Positions 27,256 through 40,699 are shown, counted from the whole stretch's first letter. The stretch is DNA of 63,256 nucleotides, filler included, from Octopus bimaculoides (GCF_001194135.2; 5 parts of 4 records of this genome joined end to end with filler, not necessarily neighbours in it), one strand, 5' to 3'. Made by a program: numbers and translations. The notes: generated by a model not told the origin, from the letters alone.

Positions 27256-28648
27256 GAATGTCACAAGACACTTATCAGTCTATCTCCTGATTCAGTTGAT
27301 CTACCTTTCTGCAAAGAATAATGCGGATATTTCTTTAAATTTCACATTTTCTTCATTGTTTGCAAATATAGTCGACTCACATATAAATGTATGAAAGTTT
27401 ATTTCATAAATTTTACCATATTATAGCGTCCACGTTCCCTTAGCTGTGGTTTTTGTTGTTTGCTTCTGATCAACATTCCATGTTTTACAGGAAATATATT
27501 CTATTTGATAAGACAAATGAATGGCGTTACCTATAACTACTGTAATATCTCATTTTACAAATATTGTAAATGAATGATACCAATACGTGGAAAGAAATAC
27601 AATAAAAATTACAAAAATAAACATCTGCCATTTGCAAATTAATAACTGGACTTGATATAATGTGAAAGATTTAATATAACAGAAAATAAATTCTTTTGGT
27701 GGCGTCAGATATGTCACACGAAAACATGGAGAATTGTTATTAGAAAACATGGTGGATTTATATAACAAATGCTTTAATCATTGCAGTTAGTGACAAATTT
27801 ACCAGTGAAAGATTGTTATGTAAACGGCATTTATCCTTGTAGCCTGGTTTAGATGTTTTTTTTCTTTTTGTCGTAATTTTTTTAAGAATTTTTATTAAGC
27901 AACCTTACGTTACTGCAAATAACTTCCGATGAGAAAGACTGACCTAACAACACAGATATATTCTTATTGTAATAGCTTGAAACAACTCTCATATTTACCA
28001 CTCCTCTCTCTTTCTCTTTCTCTCTCTCTCGTTTTCTCATATATCTTTCTCTTTTTCTTACACACAAACACACACACATGTGTGTGTGTGTGTGTACCAT
28101 CGTGTGTGTGTGTATGTGTGTATGCATGTGTGTGAGTGTGCGCGTTCCAATGAACAGGAAAAATTCGGGCGCAGGATTGATATTCTTTATCAATTCAGAA
28201 AAAGAGGAATCTTAGAATAATTGCAATTGAATTTTGAATCCAAATATTCCTTTTTGGTGGGTTGCAGGTGAGAAAAATAGAGAAAAGATTACAGAGAAAA
28301 CTAGTGTGCGGTTTCAGCAGTATGTTGCGAATGTATTTAAATCTGTACGGTCACATTATTTCCCCTGTAACTGGTAGAGATGAAAACTAAAGGTTTCGAG
28401 CTAACACTAGTGAGTAAGTAGATACCTTGACGATAGTATTTTAGACTATAAGTGGACAAGATATTGTACAAGTTGAACTTGGATATCTTTCTTAGCCTCA
28501 AAAGAAGTCCATGGTTTCTGTGAACCTTTCCTTGATATTGGATGTATGTTCCATATGTCTCAGAGAACCATCTGGTTTAGTAACATTCTCTTTATAGATT
28601 CCTGTCTTTGACAGGTTGATTCGCTTCAGCATTTAGAGGTTGGTAGCC

Positions 28649-28972
28649 TGTTGCGTCAAGAGCCACGACACCCCTGCGAGAATAGACTTGATTGAACAAC
28701 CATAAATAGTAATGGTTTGAGTGAGAGACAGTGAGAAAGTAGGCGTTAATCGCAGGAGGTCGTAAGGTGGTCATTTTGATAGTTTGTCGGAATATCGTTT
28801 GTTGGTTCGTGTATAGTTCATGGAGAGTTTGTTGTATTGTTAATTCGTTGTTACCCTGCTTCGTTATCTGCTTATTGTTACTGCATGGTTAAAATATAAA
28901 CATGTATCATCATAAATAGTAGCGATAGCCATGCTACAATAATTGGCGACGAGTAACTACGTTGCCGTTGCA
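28649..28972 (+). repeat. 5' LTR (short form)
   Basis: Aligns to 32085-32165 and ~32826-33037. The 3' end is either 28938 (TACA) or 28972 (TGCA). Confidence 0.8.
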
Positions 28973-29033
28973 ATATTGGCAATGAAGATTCGAAGCTCAT
29001 GTAGGTCAGTCAACAAATTTTTGTGATACAAAG

Positions 29034-31973
29034 TTGTTAATGACGGAAGACCTATTTGCTTCTATAATACAGCAAAACCAGCAGCAAGAACAGCAACAAG
29101 AGTTGCAGAAACGATTATTTCAGCAACATGAAAAGCAGCATAAGTTAATGGAGCTATGTCTTAAGAAGTCCGGAAACACTATAAGTTCGTTTTCGCCAGA
29201 CGGCGTATCGAACTCTATAACAGAAATCAGTTATGACCCAGAGGAGGGTATAACTTCTGCAGCGTAATTTAGAAGGTACGAAGAAATCTTTAGGGAAGAT
29301 TGCAAGTTGTGGATGGACAATGAAAAAGTAAAACTATTATTACGTAAATTAGCACTGGCTGATCATGGAAAATATTGTAATTTCATACTACTCCAAAAAA
29401 GTAGTGAAATTTGTTTCCAGGAAACAGTCGAAAAATATTCAGTGATAAGAGTTACTTATTTAACACTCGATGGGAGTGTTGAAATCTAGTTAAAAAAGAG
29501 GATGAAAACTTTGACACGTATGCCGGAACCGTAAACCGAATGTGTGAAAGGTTTAAACTGAAAGAACTAACTCCTGATGTTTAAGTGCCTCATTTTTGTA
29601 CAAGGGCTTACGGCAAACAAAGACACGGAGAATTTTTACAAAACGTGAACAAGTGGACCAAAGTTTAACCCTGCAGACAGTTGCAGAGGAGTGTCAAAGA
29701 ATGGCAAACTTACGTCATGACGTAAAGAAAATTGAAGAGAAGTTCTCACAAGTACAAACGTGCCGACCGGGAAGGTATAAACAAAGGAAAATGTTAAGAT
29801 CAAACCCATGCTACGGATGTGGAGCCCCACATTTCATGAAGGATTGTCCTTTCAAAACGCAAAAATGTTACAGTTGCCAAAAGGTAGGACACAAGAGCTC
29901 GCATTGCAGAGCAAAGTTAGGAATGTCGAAGATAAAAAAAATTCTAAAGTTTTCTCAACGAAAAGTAGAAACAACACCAAAAAGATGTAATTTGTACATC
30001 TAAAAGTAAACGAAGTGAATATTAAATTACAATTAGATACTGGTAGCAACATCTCGATTATTAATACCAACACAGGGATAAGAAATGGGAAACCTACGAT
30101 AAGAAAAACATCAAAAATTGCACGAGGCGTGACTGGTGGAAAACTACACTTCGTATGCGAAATATGGAATGATATCACATTTCAGGGAAAAACCTGTTGA
30201 GCAAAAGTTTTCGTGGTAAAAAAAACGCAACCAATCTACTAGTTTGAATGACTGTCTAAAAATATGCCACTATCCACTACCTACCTTGGAGGATATTTTT
30301 GCAAAATCAAATGGTGGCAAAATATTTTCGAAACCGGATGTCTGATTCGTATCTACAAATTAAAGTAAGTGAGGAATGCTCGAAGCTTCTAGCAGTGACT
30401 ATGCACCGATGACACAAACATAATAGATTGCCATTGTGTCTGAAGGTCACACGTGCAATATTTCAACAGTTATAGATGTGATGTTTGCAATTCCATATCT
30501 CGATGATGAATTAATTAAAAGTGAATCTTGTGATCAAGCTATTGAACATGTAAAGTATGTTTTTCAAAAATAAGAGATTACGGTTTCACACTCAGTGAGG
30601 CGAAATGTGAATTCTTTTTGCCTAAAACTAAATATTTAGGAGAAATTATACATAAAAATGGAAGACGACCTGACGCGTCAAGGTAGACGTAATTAAAAAT
30701 ATGCCTCCTCCAACTAACACAGTGACATTACTAGCTTTTCTTGGCCTAGCAAACTATTGTCAAAATTACATACCAAACATGTATGAATTGAGAGCTCCAC
30801 TTAATAATTTGCTAAAGAAAGATGCCAAACGGAATTGGTCCAATAACTGTCAGAAGGCGATTCAGGAAACTAAAAAAATTATTAATTTCGGATTTGTCGC
30901 TGGCTCATTTCGATCCTGCAGCGGAGATTGCTGTAACTTCTGAAGCTTCTGAATACGGCGTGGGTGCAGTTTTGCTACACAAATATAAAGACGATAATAT
31001 GAAGGCAGTGGTTTATTCCTCACGAGCTCTGATTGCAGTAGAAAAAGCTTACTGTCAGATACAGAAAGAAGCTGTAGCGATTATTTCTGCCGTGAAGAAA
31101 TTTCACAGATTTCTCCACGGTATAAGTTTTTGGCTTCAGACGGACCCCTGACCATTACTATCAATTTTCAGAACGAACAAAGGAATTCCTATCCATGCAG
31201 CTAACAGATTACAACGCTGGGGTACAATATTGTTAAATTACAACTTTAAGATGGATTACATTCCTTCAAAGACAATTGGCCATGCGGATTGTTTATCTAG
31301 GCTAATTCCGAAAATAACTGCATTACAATCAGAAAAGGAAATTAAAACTGTTATGTGTGATGTCATTCAGGAGTTGCCAGTGATTGTACAAGATATAAAA
31401 AGTAAATCAGCGGAGGATAAATACAAATTGGCAAGCAGAACGATTGGTAGATATTTTCAAGCGAGCGCTGAAAAAAGTAAGGGATGAGTTAGGAAATGAC
31501 GAAGCGCTAACTAAATTCTTAAAGGTGTACAGAAGAACTCCCAATTCGAATACCAGTTCAGGCAAGTCGCCTGCAGAGCTAGTGTTCGCTCGAAAGATTA
31601 AATCACTCCTCGACAAATTGTTGCCAAAGGAAAGAACGTATAGAGAAGATTTTTAAAAATTCAACTAAACATTTTGATGTCGGAGATAAACTTCATTTCA
31701 AAGTATACAAGAACGATAGAGATTTGGCAGGATGGTGTTGTGATTAAAAGAGTTGGAAACATGATGTATTTAATTAAAGGCCAGCGATGGGAGCATAAAC
31801 GACACCTAAATCAATTAAAAATCAGACATACAGAATAAAGGAAGGCAGTTCCAATTGAAGTATTTTACATGTTCGATGTGCCAGCACCGAAAGAAACTGA
31901 GCCTAGGAGTATTAACAGGAAACGTAAACAGACTGAACATTTAGAAATAATTCCTAAGCGGAAAAGGTACTGA
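29034..31973 (+). pseudogene. Gypsy gag-pol pseudogene
   Basis: Gag SYDPEEGIT..FRRYEEIF..KVKLLLRKL; two zinc knuckles CYGCGAPHFMKDC and CYSCQKVGHKSSHC; protease LDTGS; RT YPLPTLEDIF..YLDD; RNase H SEASEYGVGAVL..QKEAVAII..HADCLSR. Only the integrase C-terminal part remains (ERLVDIFKRAL..YRRTP..SPAELVF). Deletions near 30230 and 31415. Confidence 0.9.
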
Positions 31974-32084
31974 ACTCCCCAGGGAAGAAAAATTTCAAAA
32001 AGGGAGAGATGTTTTAAAGAAAGAAAAAAATAATGATAAAATAAATTTCGTTTCCTACAGAAGTCGAAATCTCAATAGGGGAGA

Positions 32085-33040
32085 TGTTGTGGTGAGAGTC
32101 ACGACACCCCGCTGCGAGAATAGACTTGACCGAACGACTATAAACAGTACCGGTAGGAGTCAGGGAAAGAGAGCACGTGTGGAACCCCCCACCAAAAAGC
32201 CCGAAACAAAGAAAGGTGAAAAGAAAATAACGGACAGAGTGTCGAACCCGAGGACCAGAGCAAGCAGTGACTACTACAGAAGAAGAGGAAGAGGACATCA
32301 GACTTGAGCAGTGGAAGGAGAGAGTGGCAAAGCAAACAGAATATGTAGCACGAGTAGGGAGGCCAAAAGGAAAGAATTCAAAATTGTTGGTATTTTACAG
32401 GAGAGAGATGGAAGTAGAAAAGAGGTTGGCAAAAATGAAGGGATTAATACGAGTTAAATTGGACTCGAACACGTTCCATAGAGACCAGAAAGTAGTGTTG
32501 TTGGACAAAGATCGAATGGACAGGATGGTAGAGTTGTTTACTAGTAGTATTATGGGAACAGGTGTATACGTCAGTTATGAGAGCCTGCCAAATGTGGTCG
32601 ATCTGGAAGATTCATTGACGGAGCTTATAACAGACGAGAGATTTGAAAACGATTAAAGCTGTATAAAAGAACAGTTAAATGGAACTGCGAGCTTTGGGGG
32701 CTCGTAAGCCATTTCATCCTTTCATTTTAAATAATTCATGTCATCCTTCGTTAAATGTACCTCACGTTTTGTGTTGTCTGTCCTCGTAGTGTCCCCTTCT
32801 GTGTTATGGCCGTAGTGCCAAATATAGATAAGAGAGTAGGCGTTAATCGCTGGAAGTCGTAAGGTGTCGTTTTGGTAGTTTGTCGGAATATCGTTTATTG
32901 CTTCGTGTATAGTTCGTGGAGAGTGTGTTGGATTGCTTCGTTATATGTTTATTGTTACTGCACGGTTATAGTGTAAACAAGTACTGTCATAAATAGTGGT
33001 GATATTACAATAATTGGCGATGAGTGACTACGTTACACTA
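32085..33040 (+). repeat. 3' LTR (long form, ~950 bp, contains ~660 bp absent from the 5' LTR)
   Basis: Follows the PPT; both ends are homologous to the 5' LTR. Confidence 0.8.
32267..32656 (+). CDS. ORF of unknown function inside the 3' LTR (129 aa from GTG; frame open from 32231)
   Basis: Non-repetitive, stop-free 390-nt frame that looks protein-like. No motif recognised; expression unknown. Confidence 0.4.
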   Translation: MTTTEEEEEDIRLEQWKERVAKQTEYVARVGRPKGKNSKLLVFYRREMEVEKRLAKMKGLIRVKLDSNTFHRDQKVVLLDKDRMDRMVELFTSSIMGTGVYVSYESLPNVVDLEDSLTELITDERFEND

Positions 33041-34489
33041 TAGCCCCAGATAAAAGCTGCTTGAATGGGGACGCATACTTTCCTTTCGGTTGTAGCGTGT
33101 GATGTTACAGATGTTATCAAGGCAAGAGTAAATCACTTTAACATGATATTCATGAAAAAGTTTGTAGCCTTTACGGATACTTGAGATACTCCCGCATTGG
33201 GAGTAAATAATTTCCTGATTGTGTTCACAGAGAGATCGAGGTTGAATGGCAAATTAAGTGTAGCACTCCTTTTAAGCCATTAGCTATTCACACATCTATA
33301 CTCTTCTATATACTTTTCTAAAATATTTATTTCTCCAGAACGGAAGCAAGGGGACCTACTCTTGTTTATTGAATGAGTTGCCTTCCAAATTAATGTCATA
33401 CAAACACAAGCAAAAAAGGCACAGATGAATACGAATAAACAATATTAACAATGTAAAAATTGAAAATTATACGGGTCAATCAAATATTTGAGTCAATAAA
33501 TCTACTGTTGTTATAGTTGTTGTTGTTTCTGTTGTTGTTGTTGATGTTGCTGTTACTGCTGCTTCTGTTGTTTTTCCTAAATTTGAACTACGGAAGATAA
33601 GAGTGAATTTCAAAATATTCCCACTGATTTCTGATAAGAATTCCCACAAGAAATTTTTGTTACAATTAAAATACTATGGAGATGCTTTATGATATGAATG
33701 TCGTGAAAACATTAAAATATTACCGTTTCACTAATTCAAGCAACAGAAAATTGCATGTCAAATATTATATAAAATATTAAAAATGTTTTTCACTCTCATA
33801 CACTTCTATCTCTCTTTTTCTACCTCTCTTCTTTAACTCCTTGATTTTTTAAATTTTTCCTCCATGTTTATTGCTCAAGATCCATGAAATTACTGAACAC
33901 AACATCGCATGTTAAGTTGGATCGTATAATTAATCTTTCACCCTGTTTACACCACTACTTGTCTCCTGAGTGCCCTTTCATGGTTTACCCTGTTGCAGGA
34001 ACCCAAACCAGCTCTCCATTTTAAGAATAATTTCTCGATTATTACCACTAGATTCAGACTGTAAAAACGATTATGGATGCTACTATTCCACCCCTGACAA
34101 AGCCATTTAAATTTTAAAAGTAACAGCATGGAGCTACTCAACCCTCTGCACTGTAGTGGCGAAAGAAATATAATGATTAAAAATAGTATGTTTTCATTAG
34201 TGTATGTTCTAGACGCAAATTGCGTTCAGATTATTCTCTAAGAATAATTACCATTTATGTAGTAAATTCCAAATGGCTGAATGAATCATCATTTCATAAC
34301 CGGTGCCAGCAAATATTTGTGCTTTACAAGTTATGTTTGAATTGTGTTGAAAGTTGTATTTTACCTTGATTTGATATTTTGCTGTAATCAACGTTCTGAA
34401 TGACGATGTAACTTCTGTTTCTGAATCTAGGATTAGAATGCCACTGATTGAAGTCGTTCCATGGTTTTGTCGTTGTTGCTGTTTGTGTT

Positions 34490-34531
34490 GTCGTTGCTGG
34501 CGCTGCTGCTGTTGTTGTTGTTGTTTCTGCT

Positions 34532-34592
<61 letters not shown>
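34490..34592. repeat. (GCT/GTT)n-(GTA)n microsatellite
   Basis: Visible directly. Confidence 0.95.
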
Positions 34593-34593
<1 letters not shown>

Positions 34594-36800
34594 CGACGTC
34601 ATTTTGCCCAGGTCAGCTATGATGCAGCATTTCTGCTATCTAAAAGTAAGCCACTCGTAACTATTTTGACTTAAATATCTACTCTTTTAAAACGATAAGG
34701 TTTGATTTGATGGTGATTTGGATGGTATTTTTGTCAGATCGAAAGGCCACATAGAAGTCTCCCTCATAGTTTGAATATTTTAGTGACAATATCCTCTGAA
34801 GTATTTAAATTGAAGATATTGAAGGAACGGAAATGCGACCAGTTTCTGTGCAGCTAAAAACCAATGTTGCTGCTTTTGTTTAGACGTAAATTGAACAAAT
34901 CCCAGTTGTCTTGGCCATCGATAGTGCACGCATCAAGTGACAAGCTACTTTAATTCATGTTCACAATTGTTAATAAATAACGTAGTTTGTGACATTCAAA
35001 GACATTCAAATTTTTTTACAAAATTAAATATTCTTTCAATATTCATAAAATTAATTCAAAGATTTAAAATTAAAATCTTGGTATTTGTAATTGAAAACTA
35101 TCTCTAGAAAATCTGAATTCTAGAATTGTAAATATTTAGAGGAAAGAAGAAAGTATTATCTTATATTCCCTTGATCAAATGTTTTGTTTTTTTTAACAAA
35201 TTGGTGAGCGCTTTAGAGCAAGAGATAAGTCATGCAAGTATTCACTAGGTTTCGATTCTCGGTTAGTCCTCGATATAACAAAGATGCAACTCAAGTTTGG
35301 CTTTCTTCCTCAGTCCTAGAAAACAGTCAGTGACCGATAGTCATTAATCGCTTACAAAACTCAGGTAGAATAAGGTAGCATTCCGTTCAACCATCAGGAA
35401 ATATGTCACTTCAAGACATCGATATATCCTATACTGTGTCAAAAGTATATTATCCGAATGATTGCCATGAAATCGGTCTCCACCACACATCAAATTTTGT
35501 TCTATAGCGTGGTCTCTTCACTTTCTGTCACCACTACAGTTTTATTTGCTCCTCACAAGCTAGTTTCCTGTTACTTCTCCTTAAAACTATCTTGAATCAC
35601 TTATCTTTCCTTGTCACCTATATATTGTCCACTCTTCACTCTAAGTTTCACAGTAACCACGTCTCCCGCTCCTCCTTTCCCTAACTTCACTCAGAAATAT
35701 ACCTTTGGGCATTACTTGTAGTTGTTCGAGATGTACGCCAATCGTGTCAAGCTCACAAGTCGGAGAACCTGTGAAAACTATCGTAAAAAAGCCACCACTT
35801 ACACCATACCATTAAAGAACAAACACTACTCCTCGTCCTCTTAAACATACAACGTATAAGCAATTTTTACCCTGCATATTGTTTGGTTCTAAAACATTAG
35901 TTGTTTTGTGCTTAACCAAGTAGAAACCAATGATATTCTATATTATTAACTTACTTGTAAACTTACGAAATCTCAGAATATATGCTATTATTTCCCTCTC
36001 AATAACTCTTGTAAGTATCAAGAGGACCATGTCAATCTCCAATGTTCGCAATCCAATGAACAAGTTTCTAAGAGACTGCTTCTTTCGCTTCTTTCGATAA
36101 TCTAATCTATATAATATAATTGATAGAGAATCACGATTCCTCTGATGATGTGCATTAATCAGATATCATGTTAGGTTTGGCCCTCTTGCGTATTGAATAA
36201 ACTGCCGAATTGACTGACTGTTCTGAATCATTGAAAGAACTGCAGCATGAACTCTTGATTGAATCAGTCCGTTAATCAAACGTTAAATATAGATTGGCGA
36301 ACTGATTCAATCATGTCTGGACGGGCGGATGTCATGGTCACCTTCGTACAAGATGAAGGTTTGAGTCAATCTTCGGTCATGACAAGTATTTCAGTCCGAG
36401 GCTGATCATTTCGTTTGATTTATTAACATTTCTTACTTAACCCGCCGTGAAACGCACCCATACTTATACAAGAACTCTCAGATGTCGATGCCGTTAATAT
36501 TCAGCATGCACAATTTCATGTTAATGTCTATAATGAAACGAGAGTATAATGGAAGTTCAAGTAGCAGCTAAATATCGTTCGACTAACAGCCTACAATTCT
36601 TCAGAAGGGAGTAGACATATCGGATAATATTGTTCTGTGTGCCTCTAGAAGGACGAAACTATTATGACTGTAAGACTTTTCATCATAGGTCTGATAATCG
36701 TTATTAACCTGAGATGAAATACTCACAACAGGAGTCTTTTAAAAGTGTTTATTAATTTAACCGGTTTCACTTACTTAAAAAGATTTTCAAAAGTAGAATG

Positions 36801-37052
36801 TGAGGCTTTGTGTATCCTCTGTGGTGTCAAAAATTAGTTTATATAAATGTATTCAAATCAAGTGATAGAGTCTTTGACAATGATAAGAAAGATTCTGAGG
36901 TTTTGTGTATCCTCTGTGATGAGTCACAAAATAGTTTACATAAAAACATTCAGATCAGGTAATTGAATTTTTTTACAATGATAATAAGATAAAAAAATAA
37001 GTTACATAAATATATCCAAATCAAGTTATACAGTTTTTGACAAGAAGATAAA
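36801..37052. repeat. Diverged ~95-bp minisatellite, ~2.6 units
   Basis: TGAGG(C/T)TTTGTGTATCCTCTGTG at 36801 and 36896, then a third partial unit. Confidence 0.75.
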
Positions 37053-37599
37053 ACGCGTCTGGTTTGTTAATCAGTGGGTATTAAAGTTTTAGTTTCACTG
37101 TGATCAGAAACCATAATTGTTTGTATCATCTTAAATTAAACAAAAGGTGAGTAGAGAAATAATAGACCATTTATAGTTCTCGGATCTGTTATAAATATAT
37201 AACAAGAACAATAACGGAGACAATCACATTTTTATTTACCGATGATCGTTTCTACTGTACCAGCATATTTAGATACAGAAAAGAAGGTACAAAATACCAA
37301 TCAAGCCAATATATCCGAAATTTTATGCTAACACTATGTTATTAAGGTAATCCAAAATAGGCTAAATTCAAAGTGAATTGAGAAAATATCTCTAATAGGT
37401 GAACGCGTACAAAAAGAACGTTTAGAAGAAATATAATATTCCAAGAAAAGCCAGTTTGGCATTTAAGCGTATGATGAAGAATTAGGCACAGAAATTCTGT
37501 CACAACATTTAGTTATCTGTCTATCAAATATGCTAGGACATTTCTAAGAAGAATTATGCTTATTAGATTATAGGAAAAGTAGTTATAATTAATACGTTA

Positions 37600-38345
37600 T
37601 TAACTATTGAAATAAATGTTTTTCTAGATTTACAAGAATATTTCAATGTAAGATTGTTTTTACAATTTAATATTCCTTATGTTGAAGCAATTATACTATA
37701 CATTTTTTATAAACAAAGATCACATTTAAGATTACAAGTATTGTACGATGGTGTGTAACTAATAATGGACCATTATATATAGTTAATGTTACTGTCTTTC
37801 AAATCTCAAATACCTTTACTAAGATTCATATAATTACAAATTTAAATGAAAAAGAATGGTTATGTAATCTTAAATGAAAAAGAATGGTTATGNNNNNNNN
37901 NNTGAAAAAGAATGGTTATGTAATCTTAAATGAAAAAGAATGGTTATGTAATCTAGATTTCCAAATTGTAGCAGAATAACCTATGTCATAATATGCACAA
38001 TCACCTTCAATTTTGATTCTTGATATAGTAAATATTGTCTTTATACCCAGCTTCAGATAATGTGTGGTTGTAGCATTTTTGATTTTGTGAAAATACATCC
38101 TCTTTAGCAGAAGTTTCGAAATACGAGTTGATATATTTTTAACAATAGAGTTTATGATGTTTCTAGGATGATTAGAATTTGTATTTAGCATAGAATTTAC
38201 ATCCAGCACTCATTGGGTTTATCATATGGTTGGTATAGTACCGTACTTAAACTAAGACCACTACCAAGGAAATTTACCTTACTATATTCATTTTCTGCGG
38301 AAAAACAAGAAAACGAGACGCTTAAAGAATTTAGAAAGTTTTTTT
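37600..38345 (-). mobile_element. Penelope-like element fragment (RT thumb and GIY-YIG endonuclease)
   Basis: KVNFL....LSTVLYQPYDKPN; NTNSNHPRNIINSIVKNISTRISKL; YDIGYSATIWKSRLHNHSFSF; LSKGI*DLKDSNINY; PSYNTCNLKCDLCL. These match the PLE RT C-terminus and Uri/GIY-YIG layout. Confidence 0.8.
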
Positions 38346-38552
38346 TACCGGGAATGTGTTTATTGACTATTTTCAAAAGGTTCACAGTATCAATGAAGAG
38401 TACTATACCTACTTGCTAACGCAATTACAAAAGGCTATCAAGACCAAACGCCCCATAAAACTGGCAAAACAGGTCTTGTTTAGTCAGGATAATGCTTGAG
38501 CACACAAGTCCTTGCTGTACGTGATTGTAGCTTTTAACTGATAGACCAGATT
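38346..38552 (+). mobile_element. mariner (DD34D-type) transposase fragment
   Basis: GNVFIDYFQKVHSINEEYYTYLLTQLQKAIKTKRPIKLAKQVLFSQDNA*AHKS resembles mariner GIVFIDYL..TINGEYY..LFHQDNAPAH. Confidence 0.8.
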
Positions 38553-39354
38553 GTTTTTCTTCTGAGGATGGGCTTTTGCGCCTGAAATATAAAGGTTATG
38601 TAAAACTTTTCCATTGTCAGAAGCTTTCCTATTTTCCCATTTTCCTTGTATTCATAATTTAATTGTTGTTTCTACACAGTAAAAATAAAAATAACATTTT
38701 ATATTATTAATTACGTGATTAAATTACGCGTTTCCTCTATCGAAAAAGCTGCGGAGCACAATTACATTTTCGACTATATGTGAAATTTATGCTTCTCTAC
38801 CAGTCATCCTTAATATATTACTTTCAACTATAGTTTTAGCCGATTCTGTAGATAATGCATGTTCATCCCATCACTAAAATAATGCATTAGAATTTAGCGA
38901 TGAACTCGCAAAAACCGTGTTAATGTTTTATAATGTTAAATTATTATAGGTACGTGAATCAGCGAGAGTGAATTGCATATTCATTGTTAGCATGATCCGA
39001 CAGATTTAAACGTGAATACGCTGATTACTTTTGATTTTGCCTTTGGAAAACAATCTCTCTCTCTCTTTAGAGAATGTGTGTTGATAATGCACTCGATTCA
39101 GTGACAGTGGGGGCTTTGATATACCAGTGTTTCGATATGATTCAGTCTCTAGAGTCAATGTTACCCCGTGGATCTCTAAATCTAAACAAGTATGGTTGTT
39201 TTTGTTCATATAATTCAGCAAACAAATTAGTATTAATGTATGCTGATATCTGTTAAGTCGGTACTAAATTATTATGAGCTGCAAGAATGAAATATATCTG
39301 AGTGAGCGTGCGCATATATATGTGAGTGTGCGAGTAGGTAGGCAAGTAGGTAGG

Positions 39355-39358
39355 TAAC

Positions 39359-39442
<84 letters not shown>
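39355..39442. repeat. (GATA)n microsatellite
   Basis: Visible directly; similar arrays at 12785, 20517, 20800, 43075 and 51480. Confidence 0.95.
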
Positions 39443-39857
39443 CTTGAAATATTATTGCCGATGATAATCATTTATTGAATTTTCAATTCATGAAAACGCC
39501 TAACATATAATTACAAATAAATTGAAATTGTATCAAAAGCTTATATATATTGGAATGCAAATAGACGTGTGTTTATGCGTGTTTGTATGTATGTATGTAT
39601 GTATGTATGTATGCATGTATGTATGTATGGATGTATGTATGTATTCATGCATGCATGTATGTATGTATGTATGTATGTATGTATGTGTCTATGAGTATAT
39701 GTGTTTGTAACGGGAGAAGGAGAAAATGTGCTTTATTTAGCATACAATCTCTACTCAATTAGCTTCCAAGGACGGTCAATTAGAATGAATTTTTAGAGAA
39801 ATGTTTCTAATAAATACTTTCCTGATTGTTACTAATGTAATAATCATGATCTGTGCG

Positions 39858-39920
<63 letters not shown>

Positions 39921-40292
39921 AATAGCTAAATTTGCCCAATGAAAGGTTGGTAATTGCATGCCTGAATTTGTTTTGCAACGTTTTGTAAACTGTACAATTT
40001 GGCAGCCATATTAATTTTTGGATACAACACAGTGATTTTCAAACTGATCATGCGCCAGTGACATAGATTAAAACGTTGTGACATTCACTTCAGAAATATA
40101 GTCTTTAGTTTGAAACCAGTGATCGGCCAAATACATATGGGAGAATGAAACATTAATTCATTAAATATGCGTGAGTTATCATAGCTATCAAATATACATA
40201 ACAGACATGTGAAGGTTTCGTCTGTAAGAGACTAGCGTCATGAGCAGTTGGAAGGATATCTTTAATATGCTTGCGAAGTATTATAATAACTT

Positions 40293-40490
40293 TCTCTTTT
40301 ACTCTTTTACATGTTTCAGTCATTTGACTGCGGCCATGCTGGGGCACAGCCTTTAGTCGAGCAAATCGACCCCAGGACTTATTCTATCGGTTTCTTTTTC
40401 CGAACTGCTAAGTTACGGGGATGTAAACACACCAGCATCTGTTGTCAAGCGAAGATGGGGGGACAAACACAGACACACAAGCATATACAC

Positions 40491-40535
<45 letters not shown>

Positions 40536-40693
40536 TACTACGGGCTTCTTTCAGTTTCCATCTACCAAATCTACTCACAAGGCTTTGGTCGGCCCGAGGC
40601 TATAGTAGAAGACACTTGCCCAAGGTCTCACGCAGTGGGACTGAACCGAGAACCATGTGGTTGGTAAGCAAGTTACTTACCACACAGCCTTCC
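40293..40693 (-). mobile_element. Full-length tRNA-derived SINE (abundant octopus-type family with central (TA)/(CA) tract)
   Basis: Head GGCTGTGTGGTAAGTAACTTGCTTACCAACCACATGG, CCTTGGGCAAGTGTCTT core and (AAAGAGT)n-like tail; four more copies in the window. Confidence 0.9.
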
Positions 40694-40699
40694 GTTGCG

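Larger units (their letters stand above)
28649..33040 (+). mobile_element. Ty3/Gypsy (Mag-like) LTR retrotransposon, internally deleted, two LTRs
   Basis: Homologous LTRs start with TGTTG at 28649 and 32085. PBS-like TGGCGACGAG at 28944, PPT AGGGGAGA at 32077-32084, gag-pol remnants between. Candidate TSD TAGCC at 28644-28648 and 33041-33045. Confidence 0.92.

Noticed and set aside
37843-37932. 27-bp tandem repeat (AAATGAAAAAGAATGGTTATGTAATCT) as a CRISPR-like or satellite array
   Set aside because: There are no spacers. It duplicates part of the Penelope ORF and straddles a 10-N gap, so it is probably a local duplication or an assembly overlap.
38562-38590. CTGAGGA...GAAA as a hammerhead
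   Set aside because: Stem II pairs poorly and no cleavage triplet or stem I is evident.
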